From Octopus bimaculoides (lineage: Eukaryota), in assembly GCF_001194135.2 (NCBI RefSeq), contig NC_068982.1, positions 31,522,322 through 31,578,639 on the forward strand: 56,318 nt of DNA, in the 5' to 3' direction. Both the position numbers and the translations under genes were made by a program. Positions within the stretch are counted from its first letter, which is position 1, and each line of letters begins with the position of its first letter. Shown in pieces: positions 36,392 through 47,883 of this stretch. A model generated the notes under the pieces. The model had not been told where the DNA came from, made no database searches, and saw only the letters and a list, made by a program, of their open reading frames with translations.

Positions 36392-39319
36392 CCTCTTATT
36401 TGCGTATGTGAATGCGTTTGTAATGCACAAACGCGTGTATATCCATATGTATGTGTGTATGTATGTATGTATGCATGTATGTATGTATTTATATGTGTAT
36501 GTGTGCGTGTTTGTGTATGTATGTGCATGTATGTATACATGCTCACCAAAACACACACATATCCTTAGCTGCATACATATTTGCAAACTTTCGAACTACC
36601 AGACTAACAACTAGAGTAATTAATGTGCTTTTAAGCCTTTATGAAATTTGTTACACTTCAGAAGAAATTATTCACACCGCATTTATCTAAAGTAGAAATA
36701 TGTTATATAAAGAAATCCCCATAAGGCATTAAAGACATTTTAGGGAGCTGTACATAAATAAAGAAAATACAGTTTTCTCATAACCATTACACATTTGCTA
36801 TTGTCTTATCTGCTGTCTCTTTTTTAAGTGTATTTTTACGTCATTGATGAAAAATTTTATCAAGTATTCTTTTTTTTTTTTTTTTCTGAGAAGTTATCGC
36901 TACATTTCTTAAGAGTTATCAACCGCTTTACTTATCAGTGATTTTGTCTTGATAATGAGTCTCTTGAGTATTTTGCCGAGAAGGAAGACAGTTTTCATTA
37001 GCCATTCTGAAACAGTCTTTGGTTACTTAATAGATGTATACCTGCAAGGTAACTTGATCTGATGTTCTCATTACCGGTTGTTATTTGCTGTTATTAGCAT
37101 CATCAGAGACATTACTAAAATAATACACCACCGTACATCATCAAAATATTCTTCATCAGTTCTACTAATTGTGTTTTGTTTTAAGAGTCATTCTTAGTTT
37201 TATCCTCAATCAATATAGTCTTGCTTCCTTCTTTATTGATTTATTTTGTATAGTTATATGTTTTCTCTTGAAAAGTTTCTTTTTTCTTTGTAATATAGTT
37301 TTATCATGTTTGTGATTAGTTCCACCGAAAGTAATGCAAAAGTATGCATAGTGTTTTAATAAACTGACATAGAGCGTTCAAACTGCACTAGTTGTTAAAG
37401 TATACCTTCTATATGAACTTAACGCCTCAACAGCTATGCATTGCACCATCATTGAACCAAACAAAATAATCAAGTATGTACAATTGTACACGTTTATTCA
37501 CAACTCCTTTCACTTCGTCTGTGAGATCAAATCATTGTCGCTTAGGATCGTACGATGTTAGACTGAACAGATGATATAGATGAGGTGGGGATAGAGACCG
37601 GCCTAGTTTGTTGATTGCCTGATTTAGTGTCAAAGATGTATGGAATGGTTTTATATTGACATAGTGAATGTGGGTAATTTAGAGATTATTATTCAGTCTC
37701 TTTCTCCCATTGAATTCTCTAAGCTTAATGAATATCGCAACGTACCGCTTGCAATTCACGGTACAGATACGTTCAGAAAATCACGGAGAATGAGTTCTTG
37801 TTTAATAATCAGTCTCTCTGACTCTCCAGGCCTGTCACCCAATGGCTCTTAATTTCTTTAGGCTTTGGAAAAGTGTAACACCATGTAGAGCCTTCGTTTT
37901 TGGCTCATGTTTCGACCCGTCATCGGATTGCAAAGATTTAAATTGCTCTTATTGTTCGCAGTCATGTATTGGATCTAAACTGTGCAAGAATTACTTCATC
38001 CGTTCGCTGGCGGTTCAGTCCCACTGCGTGCCTTCCCTTCAGTATTATTTTTCCCTCTTTCAACAATGTTGCATAATTAAACTGTATGCCCCACCCGGTA
38101 AAACTGGTATGAGTAAACCTTTATAAATAGACCAGTAACCGGTCGTCAAGCGATGATGTAGAGTCGAAGAGTTGAGAGTCGACAGTTATAGTCGGTGTCT
38201 TGTGGAGCTATCAGCGATACTAAGACAGAAGAAGCTAGTGTATTACTATTCCGGTACGAAGAGATGCAACGATATCCGATGACTAGTAACTATTGTGGCT
38301 ACTAGCGTAAAACAGCAACTACAGTACAACAGCAGTCACACATCGCACCAGTGGGAAGAGCCCACTTTACAAGAAACTTCATCCAACTACGTATATTTTT
38401 CTTATCAATGGTGTCATGTCAGTAACAACTCGCAACCATTTGTGCCTGCTCTCCGTTTTCGTCAAAAACTGCATGTCTCATACAACTCGCATTCGTAGCT
38501 CACTGTTTCGGTGTGCGAATCTACTCAGTTCATATAAGTTCCTCTGAGCAGGAAAATAAGCAATTATATTGCTGTGCAACCTTTTAAACTTTATTTCTTA
38601 TAAAAGTATATCCCAATCTTTCTTTAATAAAGCCTTTTAAATTTTACACAAGTCCAGCAATTCTAAGTGGAGGTGTAAGGCGATTAGAACGACCCAGAAG
38701 GGATGAAAAGTTGAAGTTGACTTAATTTGAACTCAGAAAGTAAAGACATTTGAAATGCCGTGAAAACATTTTATCCAGAAGTGGGGGTGCTAAGGATTCC
38801 GCTGATCGCCGTTTCCCAAACGCTCAATAATCAGTTCTTATTGATACATATGGGAACAACCTGCGAGATGAATATGTTTTTTGATCTAATTCGCTACAAA
38901 ACTCATCATAGATCAAATTCTGCTGGTGTCATACTCCGATTTCATCCAGCAGAGTGGAACAATATAAATATGAGTAATATATTGTAAACGTCAAAGAACA
39001 TTAAAAATTGAACTTTTACTTAACGATATTGCAATTTTCATTACTTCCTTGCTGAAGCATGTGTTGTTTTAAATAGTGACATCTCCTATATCTTGGTGCA
39101 CATGTTTGGCTGCCTATAGAGACATTTTAACTCAGCAAGACATATCAACGAATCACTTATAACTTGCACAATATTTTCGTCATCTATTCCAATATATCAA
39201 AGTATCTCCACATGGTATCTATTTTACGCAGATGCAAATTTACATTAACATTACCGAGCTTTCTTCGTTGCATAATAGTTAATTACGTAGTTATTGCCAT
39301 CAAGTAAAACCATTTTATT

Positions 39320-39604
39320 TGAATGTTGCTGTTGTTGCTACTACTATTACAACTACTATTACAACTACCACTACGGCTTCTTCTTCTTCTTCTTCTTCTT
39401 CTTCTTCTTTTCTTCTCCTTCTTCTTCTACTCTACTTCTACTTCTACTTCTTCTCTTCTTCTTCTACTACTGCTACTACTACTACTACTGCTACTACTAC
39501 TACGACCGCTTTTGCTGCTGCTGCTACTACTACAACTACTACTACTACTAATAATAATAATAATAATATTAATAATAATAATAATAATGATGATGATGAT
39601 GATG

Positions 39605-39645
<41 letters not shown>
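39320..39645. repeat. Compound trinucleotide array (GTT/GCT)(ACT)(TCT)(ACT)(GCT)(ACT)(AAT)(GAT)(AAT)
   Basis: Read directly from the sequence; it abuts the 3' end of the SINE at 39646-39813. Confidence 0.97.
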
Positions 39646-39813
39646 TTGTGGTGAAAGAGTACAGAAGGGTTCGCCACCATCCCCTGCCGGAGCCTTGTGG
39701 AGCTTTAGGTGTTTTCGCTCAATAAACACTCACAACGCCCGGTCTGGGAATCGAAACCGCGATCCTATGGCCGCGAGTCCGCTGCCCTAACCACTGGGCC
39801 ATTGCGCCTCCAC
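39646..39813 (-). mobile_element. SINE family D (tRNA-like head, short body, triplet-repeat tail)
   Basis: Minus strand GTGGAGGCGCAA-TGGCCCAGTGG (A box)-TTAGGGCAGCGGACTCGCGG...GGTTTCGATTCCC (B box)-AGACCGGGCG...TTGAGCGAAAACACCTAAAGCTCCAC..., ending in (TTA)n. Confidence 0.85.
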
Positions 39814-39858
39814 TATTCCTTAACATTATTTTGAGGTAATCCATAGAAGGGATATTAA

Positions 39859-40282
39859 GGCGTAGGAGTGACTGTGTGGTAAGTAACTTGCGTACGAACC
39901 ACATGGTTCCTGGTTCAGTCCCACTGCGTGGCACCTTGGGCAAGTGTCTTCTACTATAGCCTCGGACCGACCAAAGCCTTGTGGGTGGATTTGGTAGACG
40001 GAAACTGAAAGACGCCCGTCGTATATATGTATGTGTGTGTATATGTTTGTGTGTGTATATGTTTGTGTGTGTATATGTTTGTGTGTCTGTGTTTGTCCAC
40101 ACAACCTCGCTTGACAACCGATGCTGGTGTGTTTACGTCCCCGTAACTTAGCGTTTCGGCAAAAGAAACCGATAGAATAAGTACTAGGCTTACAAATAAT
40201 AAGACCTGGGATAGATTTTCTCGACTAAAGGCTGTGCTCCAGCATGGCCACAGTCGAATAACTGAAACAAGTAAAAGAGAAT
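39859..40282 (+). mobile_element. SINE family A, full length (best copy)
   Basis: GGCGTAGGAGTGACTGTGTGG (A-box-like)...GGTTCAGTCCC (B-box-like)...CCTTGGGCAAGTGTCTTCTACTATAGCC...(TG)n...GATAGAATAAGTACTAGG...GCTCCAGCATGGCCACAGTC...GAAACAAGTAAAAGAG. Confidence 0.95.
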
Positions 40283-40380
40283 AAGGTTATTCGTGTAGAA
40301 TGGATACGTAGAAATGGTTCTCCTGAATATCTGCTAGTCCGATATGTGCAGCTGATGCAGAGATAAATAGCACCTAAATC

Positions 40381-42510
40381 AAAACGCATATAATGCACTA
40401 GAGAGGATTATAGAGACGTGTTGAGAGCTTTCTATACATCCTAACTAAACCCAATCAATAATCTCATTGTACAAACCTACACTTCATGAAGAAACTTAGT
40501 ACACAGATAAATAGACGCAAATAAATTAAATAATGTACGTAGAGACATTATGAATAAAATGTTAACTGTCTCTGAAATTAACGAAATTAGGACAAATATC
40601 TCATGGTAGCCCAAATGAAAACAGCAACAATGCAGGTGGAATAGGTAACAGATGCACAGAACCCAGTGTACGAGCAGTATATCCCAACGAGGAAACTGGA
40701 GAAAGAATAGCGAAGAACAGATATACGGAGAGAGTAGAACTGCCCCAGGAACACTGGAATAGATATGAAACAGAACTTGAGGTGAATAATAACATGATCT
40801 TAGACGCAAAAGAAGATATTATCAGAGAACTCAGCAAGACTGAGTTTACTGACAGGATTAATAAACAACCGCTACCAAAGCTCGCGGACAAAATATAAAA
40901 AATAATTACGTTATCATGATATATAGTATTGCTCTTAGACAGGTCTTAAGAAATAAGGGAAAGGACCTAACAATCTTAAATAACCTCATCTATTCCACTG
41001 CTAAAGTTGTAACTGCTCAGTTAGGTATCAGGACGACACTGAAAAGGACCAACGATATCAATAGACCTCCTAGGTAGAAGGTAGCAATACAAAAAAATTA
41101 TCGAATTTTTGCGGACAGATGTATCAGTTCTCAATGAACTTGATAGAGGAGTAAATGTTAAGACTAACCAAGCTTGAAAAATTGAGCAACAATACAAAAT
41201 CGAAGATTTTATGAACATCCCTGCAACCAAAGAACTATCGAAACAACGAATACAAGTGAAAGCCCAGCGGCTCAGAAGGTATGACAAAAGAATGAAATTT
41301 TATCGACAAAACAAGGTATTCAAGACTGATGGGAAATAATTTTACAAGGAGATTGGCAAAAACAGGATAGAAGATAGACCCCTAAGACTGAGGAAATGAA
41401 AGAGTTCTGGAAGAAGATATGGAGCAATAAAAAAGAATATAATGTTGAAGCTCACTGGATAGAACGTGAGAAAGTGTGACTAGATGAAGTTGAAGAACAG
41501 AAATAAGAGACAGTAAGAATAGACGAGCTAAGATGTGTTCTTAGAAAGTCTCACAAATGGAGAACCCCAGGACTGGACTGGATCCCTAACTTCTGGCAGG
41601 AGTATTTGATAGAAGTACACCAAAATTTTGTTGCATCCCAGACTGATGTGATTCAGAACCCAGAGTGAATCCTGGGTGACTGAAGGAACAACACACCTTC
41701 AACCAAAAACTGAAGACAAAATAATCCAAAGAACTACCGATCAATTACATGTCTCAACACCACCTACAAGATCCTCACATCCATACTAACTGAAAGAATA
41801 TACACTATCCTGGAACAGAACTCTGTCCTTCCATAAGCTCAAAATGGTTGCATGGAACTGATCCAACTCTCAAATGAACTGAGTAACACCAGGTATGGGT
41901 TCAAAATGAATAATATTAGAGTAAATCATCTGTTTGAACAGATGCTACCTGCAGCATACGGCAACAATTTATCTGTGTTCTTTCCAACTACACAGTTCTT
42001 CCACGGAAGCAAGCATATTGTAACGGTGCTACTGGGCACTCTATTTCCATTCTATTAACACTTACCTCAGTGCTTTTTGATACTGTCTCCAAGGACACAA
42101 TAATAATTAGCACTATTTTCACCTTCATTTTCCACTATGGAGCTGTCTCGTATTGAAGAGGTATCTATAAGTCTGCTTTTTCTGCCTTCCTTTTTTTTAC
42201 TATTTAAGAGTGAAAGATTCATGGAAAACCAACTATGGAGCACATGTGAAAGTAATAGTCCAGAAAAGCGAAGTTGCATGTTTATTGATCCATCATGCCC
42301 GTTTGATTCCAGAATCATATAGAATGAGGAAGGAAAACAAAACATGCAATCCCTTAAAATTTGAGATAAGAAGAATATGGAGCATGCGAACAGTAAAGGT
42401 CTTGCCTATAATAATTGCTGCGTTAAGAACAATAAGCAAATATATAGACAAATAGCTGAAGAAGATTGAAATAGAATACCTGGTGGAGCTCCAGCAAAAA
42501 GTTCGTCTCT
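40381..42510 (+). mobile_element. R4/Dong-clade (restriction-like endonuclease) non-LTR retrotransposon relic, internally deleted
   Basis: Stop- and frameshift-ridden translation: KRI*CTREDYRDVLRAFYTS, IDANKLNNVRRDI, KAQRLRRYDKRMKFYRQNKVF, FWKKIWSNKKEYNVEAHWI, HKWRTPGLDWIPNFW, NPKNYRSITCLNTTYKILTSIL, LP*AQNGC, jump to LSNELSNTRYGFKMNNIRVNHLF, then the REL segment SCMFIDPSCPFDSRI...LKFEIRRIWSMRTVKVLPIIIAALRTI. Confidence 0.88.
41985..42205 (-). mobile_element. Second, inverted R4/Dong-type REL endonuclease fragment inside the relic
   Basis: Minus strand: KKEGRKSRLIDTSSIRDSSIVE, then in another frame WKMKVKIVLIIIVSLETVSKS...MEIECPVAPLQYACF. This is homologous to, but distinct from, the plus-strand REL segment at 42265-42505. 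Confidence 0.65.
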
Positions 42511-43029
42511 GTCACGTTATTCCTCTAGGTATTGATTGCAAAAGTTTATCTGAAACAATAATGACACCTGGCTTAATGGTCTTGAAGGACTGGTAGATGC
42601 TATGGGTCACCATCTCTTTCTTCAGAATCTCAGTGTAAGAAATGCTTCGCATGTGATTTATCTTCAAGAAAAATGTGAAAGTCAAAGAATAAACATGGGA
42701 ATAAACAGTAATCCCACCACGGTCTGTGAGATTAATCAGGGGAGAAAAATACACAATGAAAGCAGCTACGAAGACCTTTTAGAAAAACAGTATGCTATTC
42801 CAGTAAACGAGCAGTTTTACTCTAAAATGTCTACCTTCTGTCAAATTAAGTGAAAGTATCTACATTACAAAAGAAGAAACAAACAAAAATAAAACGAAAC
42901 TAAGCAACCAATTGAAAGAAAAACAGCTATCTCTATGTCCATATATAGATACTTATGCATAAGTATCTTGTAAGAAGTTTTAACTCGCAATAAATACACG
43001 CATATACACATAGACAGAAATCAGTTATA

Positions 43030-43163
43030 TATACAGATGCATATGTATGCATATACATACACACTCATTTGCATCTGTTTCTCTCTCTCTATCTCTCCTT
43101 CCTTCCTTCTATATATATACATATATATATATAATGTATATGTATCTATATATGTATATGTAT

Positions 43164-43201
<38 letters not shown>

Positions 43202-43440
43202 GTACATATATATATATGTATATATATATATTCATATATTATATATATGTATATATATGTATACATATTAATGTGTGAACGTATATGCATAGATATATGT
43301 ATACATATATATATAGATATATAAACAGGATATTTATGTGGGTGTGTGCGTGTATATACATACTCACACGCAAACACACACGCTGATACACACATACACA
43401 CACACACACACACACATACACATATATATATATATATGTA
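43030..43440. repeat. Long degenerate (TA)/(CA)/(CT) microsatellite field
   Basis: Read directly; it explains the stacked YI/CV ORFs. Similar fields lie at 7890-8030, 12000-12165, 35415-35530, 46260-46345, 47720-47910 and 50550-50780. Confidence 0.97.
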
Positions 43441-44211
43441 TTCACGTGTTTGTTTGTGAAAGGGATACTATGGCTATTAGTTTCAATGATGGATGAAAGG
43501 ATGGAAGAAGGAGGTGGAACAAGCCCTGAGCAAACAAGCTGAAATGGGATTAAATAATCTTAGTTTTTGTATCTGACAACGCGGAGTAAACATTTTTAGG
43601 ATAGTTGATAATCAATTTAAAACGAACAGACTTAGCTTCGTCGTTGTAACTACATATATTGAAATGATGCTCTTAAATTTTTTTCTTTGCATGTACACGA
43701 GTGCTATTGTTTGCGTGTGTCTGCGTGCGTGTGTTTTTATATGTGCAAGTTTTATGTATGTGCGCATTTGATATAGCATTAATTGCTAATATTGTTGTTG
43801 TTATCATCATCATCATTATAATCCTCCCCCTCCTCATTATCAATTATTATCATTACTGTTGTTGTTCAGGTTGTTGGAAATTGTGTTCCTGGTTATGCTG
43901 TTATGAATTCTAAAAGATTAATGAAAGGAGAAAAGGATCTTGAAGAAAGCAAAATGATGGCTCTGTAATGATTTTACTGACGGGAGTGGTGAAGGAAATT
44001 TATAAGAGGAAATTGAATTTCTGGCGATAATAATGTGATCAGAAGAGAGATTTAGAGAAGGAAGATAGCAAAGACATTGAGAAATAACAACAAAAACGGT
44101 GTGTAAAAAAGAATAAGAATTTCAAATATATTTCATTTCATATATACGTACACGTACATATACACCACCGTACAATTACTAAAACACATACGCTCGCAGA
44201 CGCACACAAAC

Positions 44212-44257
<46 letters not shown>

Positions 44258-44571
44258 AGGCACGCGTGCGCAATCATATAGAAAGGAATGTAAATATATA
44301 CATAAAATACTTGTATACATATTTGGATATTTGTATACATATTTATGTGTACACATATGTATAAACGTATGTGTGTGTTTGGTTGTTTAACATATCACAT
44401 TTCGACAGTCTACTAATAATTTCACTACGGGTTGGAATGTTCCCGATTAATGCTGAGTAATTAATTAAATTATAAATTATAATATAATAAACATATATAC
44501 ATACATATATATACATAATTAAGGGATCGGCAACAGTTGCTTCACCACATACCGAAGTTCAGAAATAGCAG

Positions 44572-44607
<36 letters not shown>

Positions 44608-45394
44608 NNNNNNNNNNNNNNNNNNNNNNNNNNNNNNNNNNNNNNNNNNNNNNNNNNNNNNNNNNNNNNNNNNNNNNNNNNNNNNNNNNNNNNNNNNNNN
44701 NNNNNNNNNNNNNNNNNNNNNNNNNNNNNNNNNNNNNNNNNNNNNNNNNNNNNNNNNNNNNNNNNNNNNNNNNNNNNNNNNNNNNNNNNNNNNNNNNNNN
44801 NNNNNNNNNNNNNNNNNNNNNNNNNNNNNNNNNNNNNNNNNNNNNNNNNNNNNNNNNNNNNNNNNNNNNNNNNNNNNNNNNNNNNNNNNNNNNNNNNNNN
44901 NNNNNNNNNNNNNNNNNNNNNNNNNNNNNNNNNNNNNNNNNNNNNNNNNNNNNNNNNNNNNNNNNNNNNNNNNNNNNNNNNNNNNNNNNNNNNNNNNNNN
45001 NNNNNNNNNNNNNNNNNNNNNNNNNNNNNNNNNNNNNNNNNNNNNNNNNNNNNNNNNNNNNNNNNNNNNNNNNNNNNNNNNNNNNNNNNNNNNNNNNNNN
45101 NNNNNNNNNNNNNNNNNNNNNNNNNNNNNNNNNNNNNNNNNNNNNNNNNNNNNNNNNNNNNNNNNNNNNNNNNNNNNNNNNNNNNNNNNNNNNNNNNNNN
45201 NNNNNNNNNNNNNNNNNNNNNNNNNNNNNNNNNNNNNNNNNNNNNNNNNNNNNNNNNNNNNNNNNNNNNNNNNNNNNNNNNNNNNNNNNNNNNNNNNNNN
45301 NNNNNNNNNNNNNNNNNNNNNNNNNNNNNNNNNNNNNNNNNNNNNNNNNNNNNNNNNNNNNNNNNNNNNNNNNNNNNNNNNNNNNNNNNNNNNN
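44608..45394. other. Largest assembly gap
   Basis: N run. Other gaps: 4084-4192, 9523-9577, 22421-22521, 24380-24389, 30223-30358, 35001-35414, 46954-46995, 51593-51776; most abut microsatellites. Confidence 0.99.
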
Positions 45395-46258
45395 TTGAAA
45401 AACATATTACGCAAATTCCAACTGTCTGATTTTCACGTTTTATTTACAATCTTATAATAATATAATATAATATAATATAATATAATATAATGAAATGATA
45501 GAATATTAAATGTCAATTCTGATTGAACTAGTATTTTCATGCATTAAACTATGCAATCTTGAGGTGCATTTAGTAGGGGTGACACTTTTAAAATTTACAT
45601 CTGTGGTAAGATAGCTAAACTGTATAAGCTCCGGAATGTTACTTTTTGCAAGCTATGTTCTGACCTATCAGTTTGTGATTTTACTAAACTGCTTAAGTTG
45701 ATTGGTGTTTGGCTTAGGCGTCATGGTTTGTTGAGCATGTCAAGAGACCTGTATTTTTACCCTGGTCAAAGCAATAATTTTTGGGCTATTTTTAGACATG
45801 TTGTAAACAACATTTCCCAGGAATATTTACATTTAAATTATCACCACCGTCATTATCAACTCCTTTATTTTTGTTGTTGTTGTTGCTGCTGCTTGTGGTG
45901 GTCGTCGTCATGGCGATCGTCGTCATGGTGGTCGTCGTGGTGGCCGTCGTGGTAAGAGTAGCTGTGGTAATAGAACTTTAAAGCCAAAATTTAGGTAAAT
46001 TTTACTGACTTTTCTCTTGATTTAGCAAGTATTTTCCTGCTATCATCATAATGAGCACCTTTAGTATTGTTGCTGTTGTTAGTGGTAGTGGTCGTAGCAG
46101 TAGAAATAGTGCCCCTAAATATTAGTATTATTGTTTATTTAGCTTGGGCTGGAATTCATTAATAAAGTTCTTTTCTGTGATTTTTCTTTCAATTTAACTT
46201 GGACTTTGTAGCTTGTAGAATGGAAATATAAATATTTTCCGACCGCATGTCCATATAT

Positions 46259-46336
<78 letters not shown>

Positions 46337-46689
46337 GCATATATATTATTTAATAATATTTTCACTTGATTTCATGCAACATAAAGCTTCGTATGCACTT
46401 CAAACGAGTCTAGCCCGTGAGGCTTGTAGAGACCAATGAGGTTGATTCGACAAGACTCCAATTTTAAGTGTTATCTAGACGAATGATACTGCTATTACAT
46501 AATATGATCCTACCAAATGTTCAAGTTGATACTTTTTCCGTTTGTACACTTACCCATATATATATGTATATATATATATATAAGCAATATATGAGTATAT
46601 GCATATATATGTACATGTATGTATATACGTTCATCCACATGTACATATAGATACATAACTGGGTACATGACGTGGCAAAAGAACAAGGA

Positions 46690-46953
46690 GAAAAATGGTA
46701 AACAAGGTGCAACAAACAAGCAGGCCACATAGAAACATCCCCTTCATCAGCTGCCACCATTAAAACTCCGGCGTTTCGAAGAATTAAGGCAGTACGCATC
46801 GTTAAAATGGTTCTTCCCACGAACACAAATTAAATTGTTTTCGTGGAGGGTAGTGGCGGACGGAAAACAAGACAGGAAAACGAAACGGTGAAATAAACAA
46901 ACAAAAAGGCTGTACAGCCAGACGTGAAGTGTGTATGTCTTGAACGCTGTGAA
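46690..46953. repeat. Dispersed repeat, copy 2 (homologous to 34715-34985)
   Basis: Same shared blocks as copy 1; the minus strand also has CAGCTGATGAAGGGGA at 46738-46753. Confidence 0.8.
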
Positions 46954-47180
46954 NNNNNNNNNNNNNNNNNNNNNNNNNNNNNNNNNNNNNNNNNNGGAGG
47001 AAGTAGAATAAAAGTGAGCAACGAGAGGTAGAGAGAGAGAGAGATAGATAGTAGTAGTAACGGTGAGAGGCAAAGGACGAGTAACAAGAGATAGAGAGAG
47101 AGAGAGAGAGAAGTAGTGACAGGTAGAGGCGAAGAACAGTAGAGGGAAGAATGAGAGGGGGAGATATATACATATATATA

Positions 47181-47600
47181 GGATCTTTCTGATTTGGCGG
47201 GCGCCACTTGTTTTCTTAACGAAAAGTTTTCAAACTTGGAACACTGGTAGAATGTGTCATATAAAACATATTTTACTCTTAGTGTTATTGAGAAAATTTT
47301 ATCTTTTTAAAGTTATTTCGTGTTAAAATTATCCTATTTCAGTAATTTCAAACAATCACTGACGTCTATTGAGGTGAAAACAATTATTGCTGTGGAAGGT
47401 AAGCAACACGTTCTAGCAGTGTAATGGGATCTTTTCCCTTGAATAAAATTAGTGCCGCTGTTTGTCAACAACAACTATCGGCGGTACTTTTTTTTTTATG
47501 ACATCGTTCGTGCGTTTTTACTGGTTTTAGCTTTAGGGTTTTAGGGTTAGGGTTCGGGTTTAAATGAATTTTCACTGAATATCTTTGAATAGAGTATATA
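47181..47600. mobile_element. Probable non-autonomous DNA element (MITE/Helentron-like) containing TTAGGG-like repeats
   Basis: Starts GGATCTTTCTG directly after (TA)n; TTAGGG-TT-TTAGGG-TTAGGG-TTCGGG at 47533-47558. No paired termini found; classification is from recalled resemblance. Confidence 0.35.
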
Positions 47601-47803
47601 TTTATTAATTTTACAGTGACTTCGAAGTTTAGGTTCGCTTCATCAGAATAACTTTTCAGCAGAGCATGCAGAATATTCGAAGTTACAGTCAAACTTTTCC
47701 TTGTAAGAATTAATACATTCATACATATACATATATATGTGTGTGTGTGTACGTATATGTGTGTGGATATATAATGTATGTGTGCATGTATAAGAGTCAA
47801 TGC

Positions 47804-47883
<80 letters not shown>

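Noticed and set aside
37874-38650. Solo LTR (TGTAAC start, AATAAA near the end, ...TTTTACA)
   Set aside because: No matching TSD, no second LTR, no PBS or PPT.
30970-39790. Poly-L/I/N/T/S ORFs at 30970-31336 and 39294-39790
   Set aside because: They are translations of trinucleotide microsatellites.
34873-45457. Long ORFs (183-306 aa) at 34.9-35.7 kb and 44.5-45.5 kb
   Set aside because: They are mostly N-gap plus (TA)/(CA) repeats.
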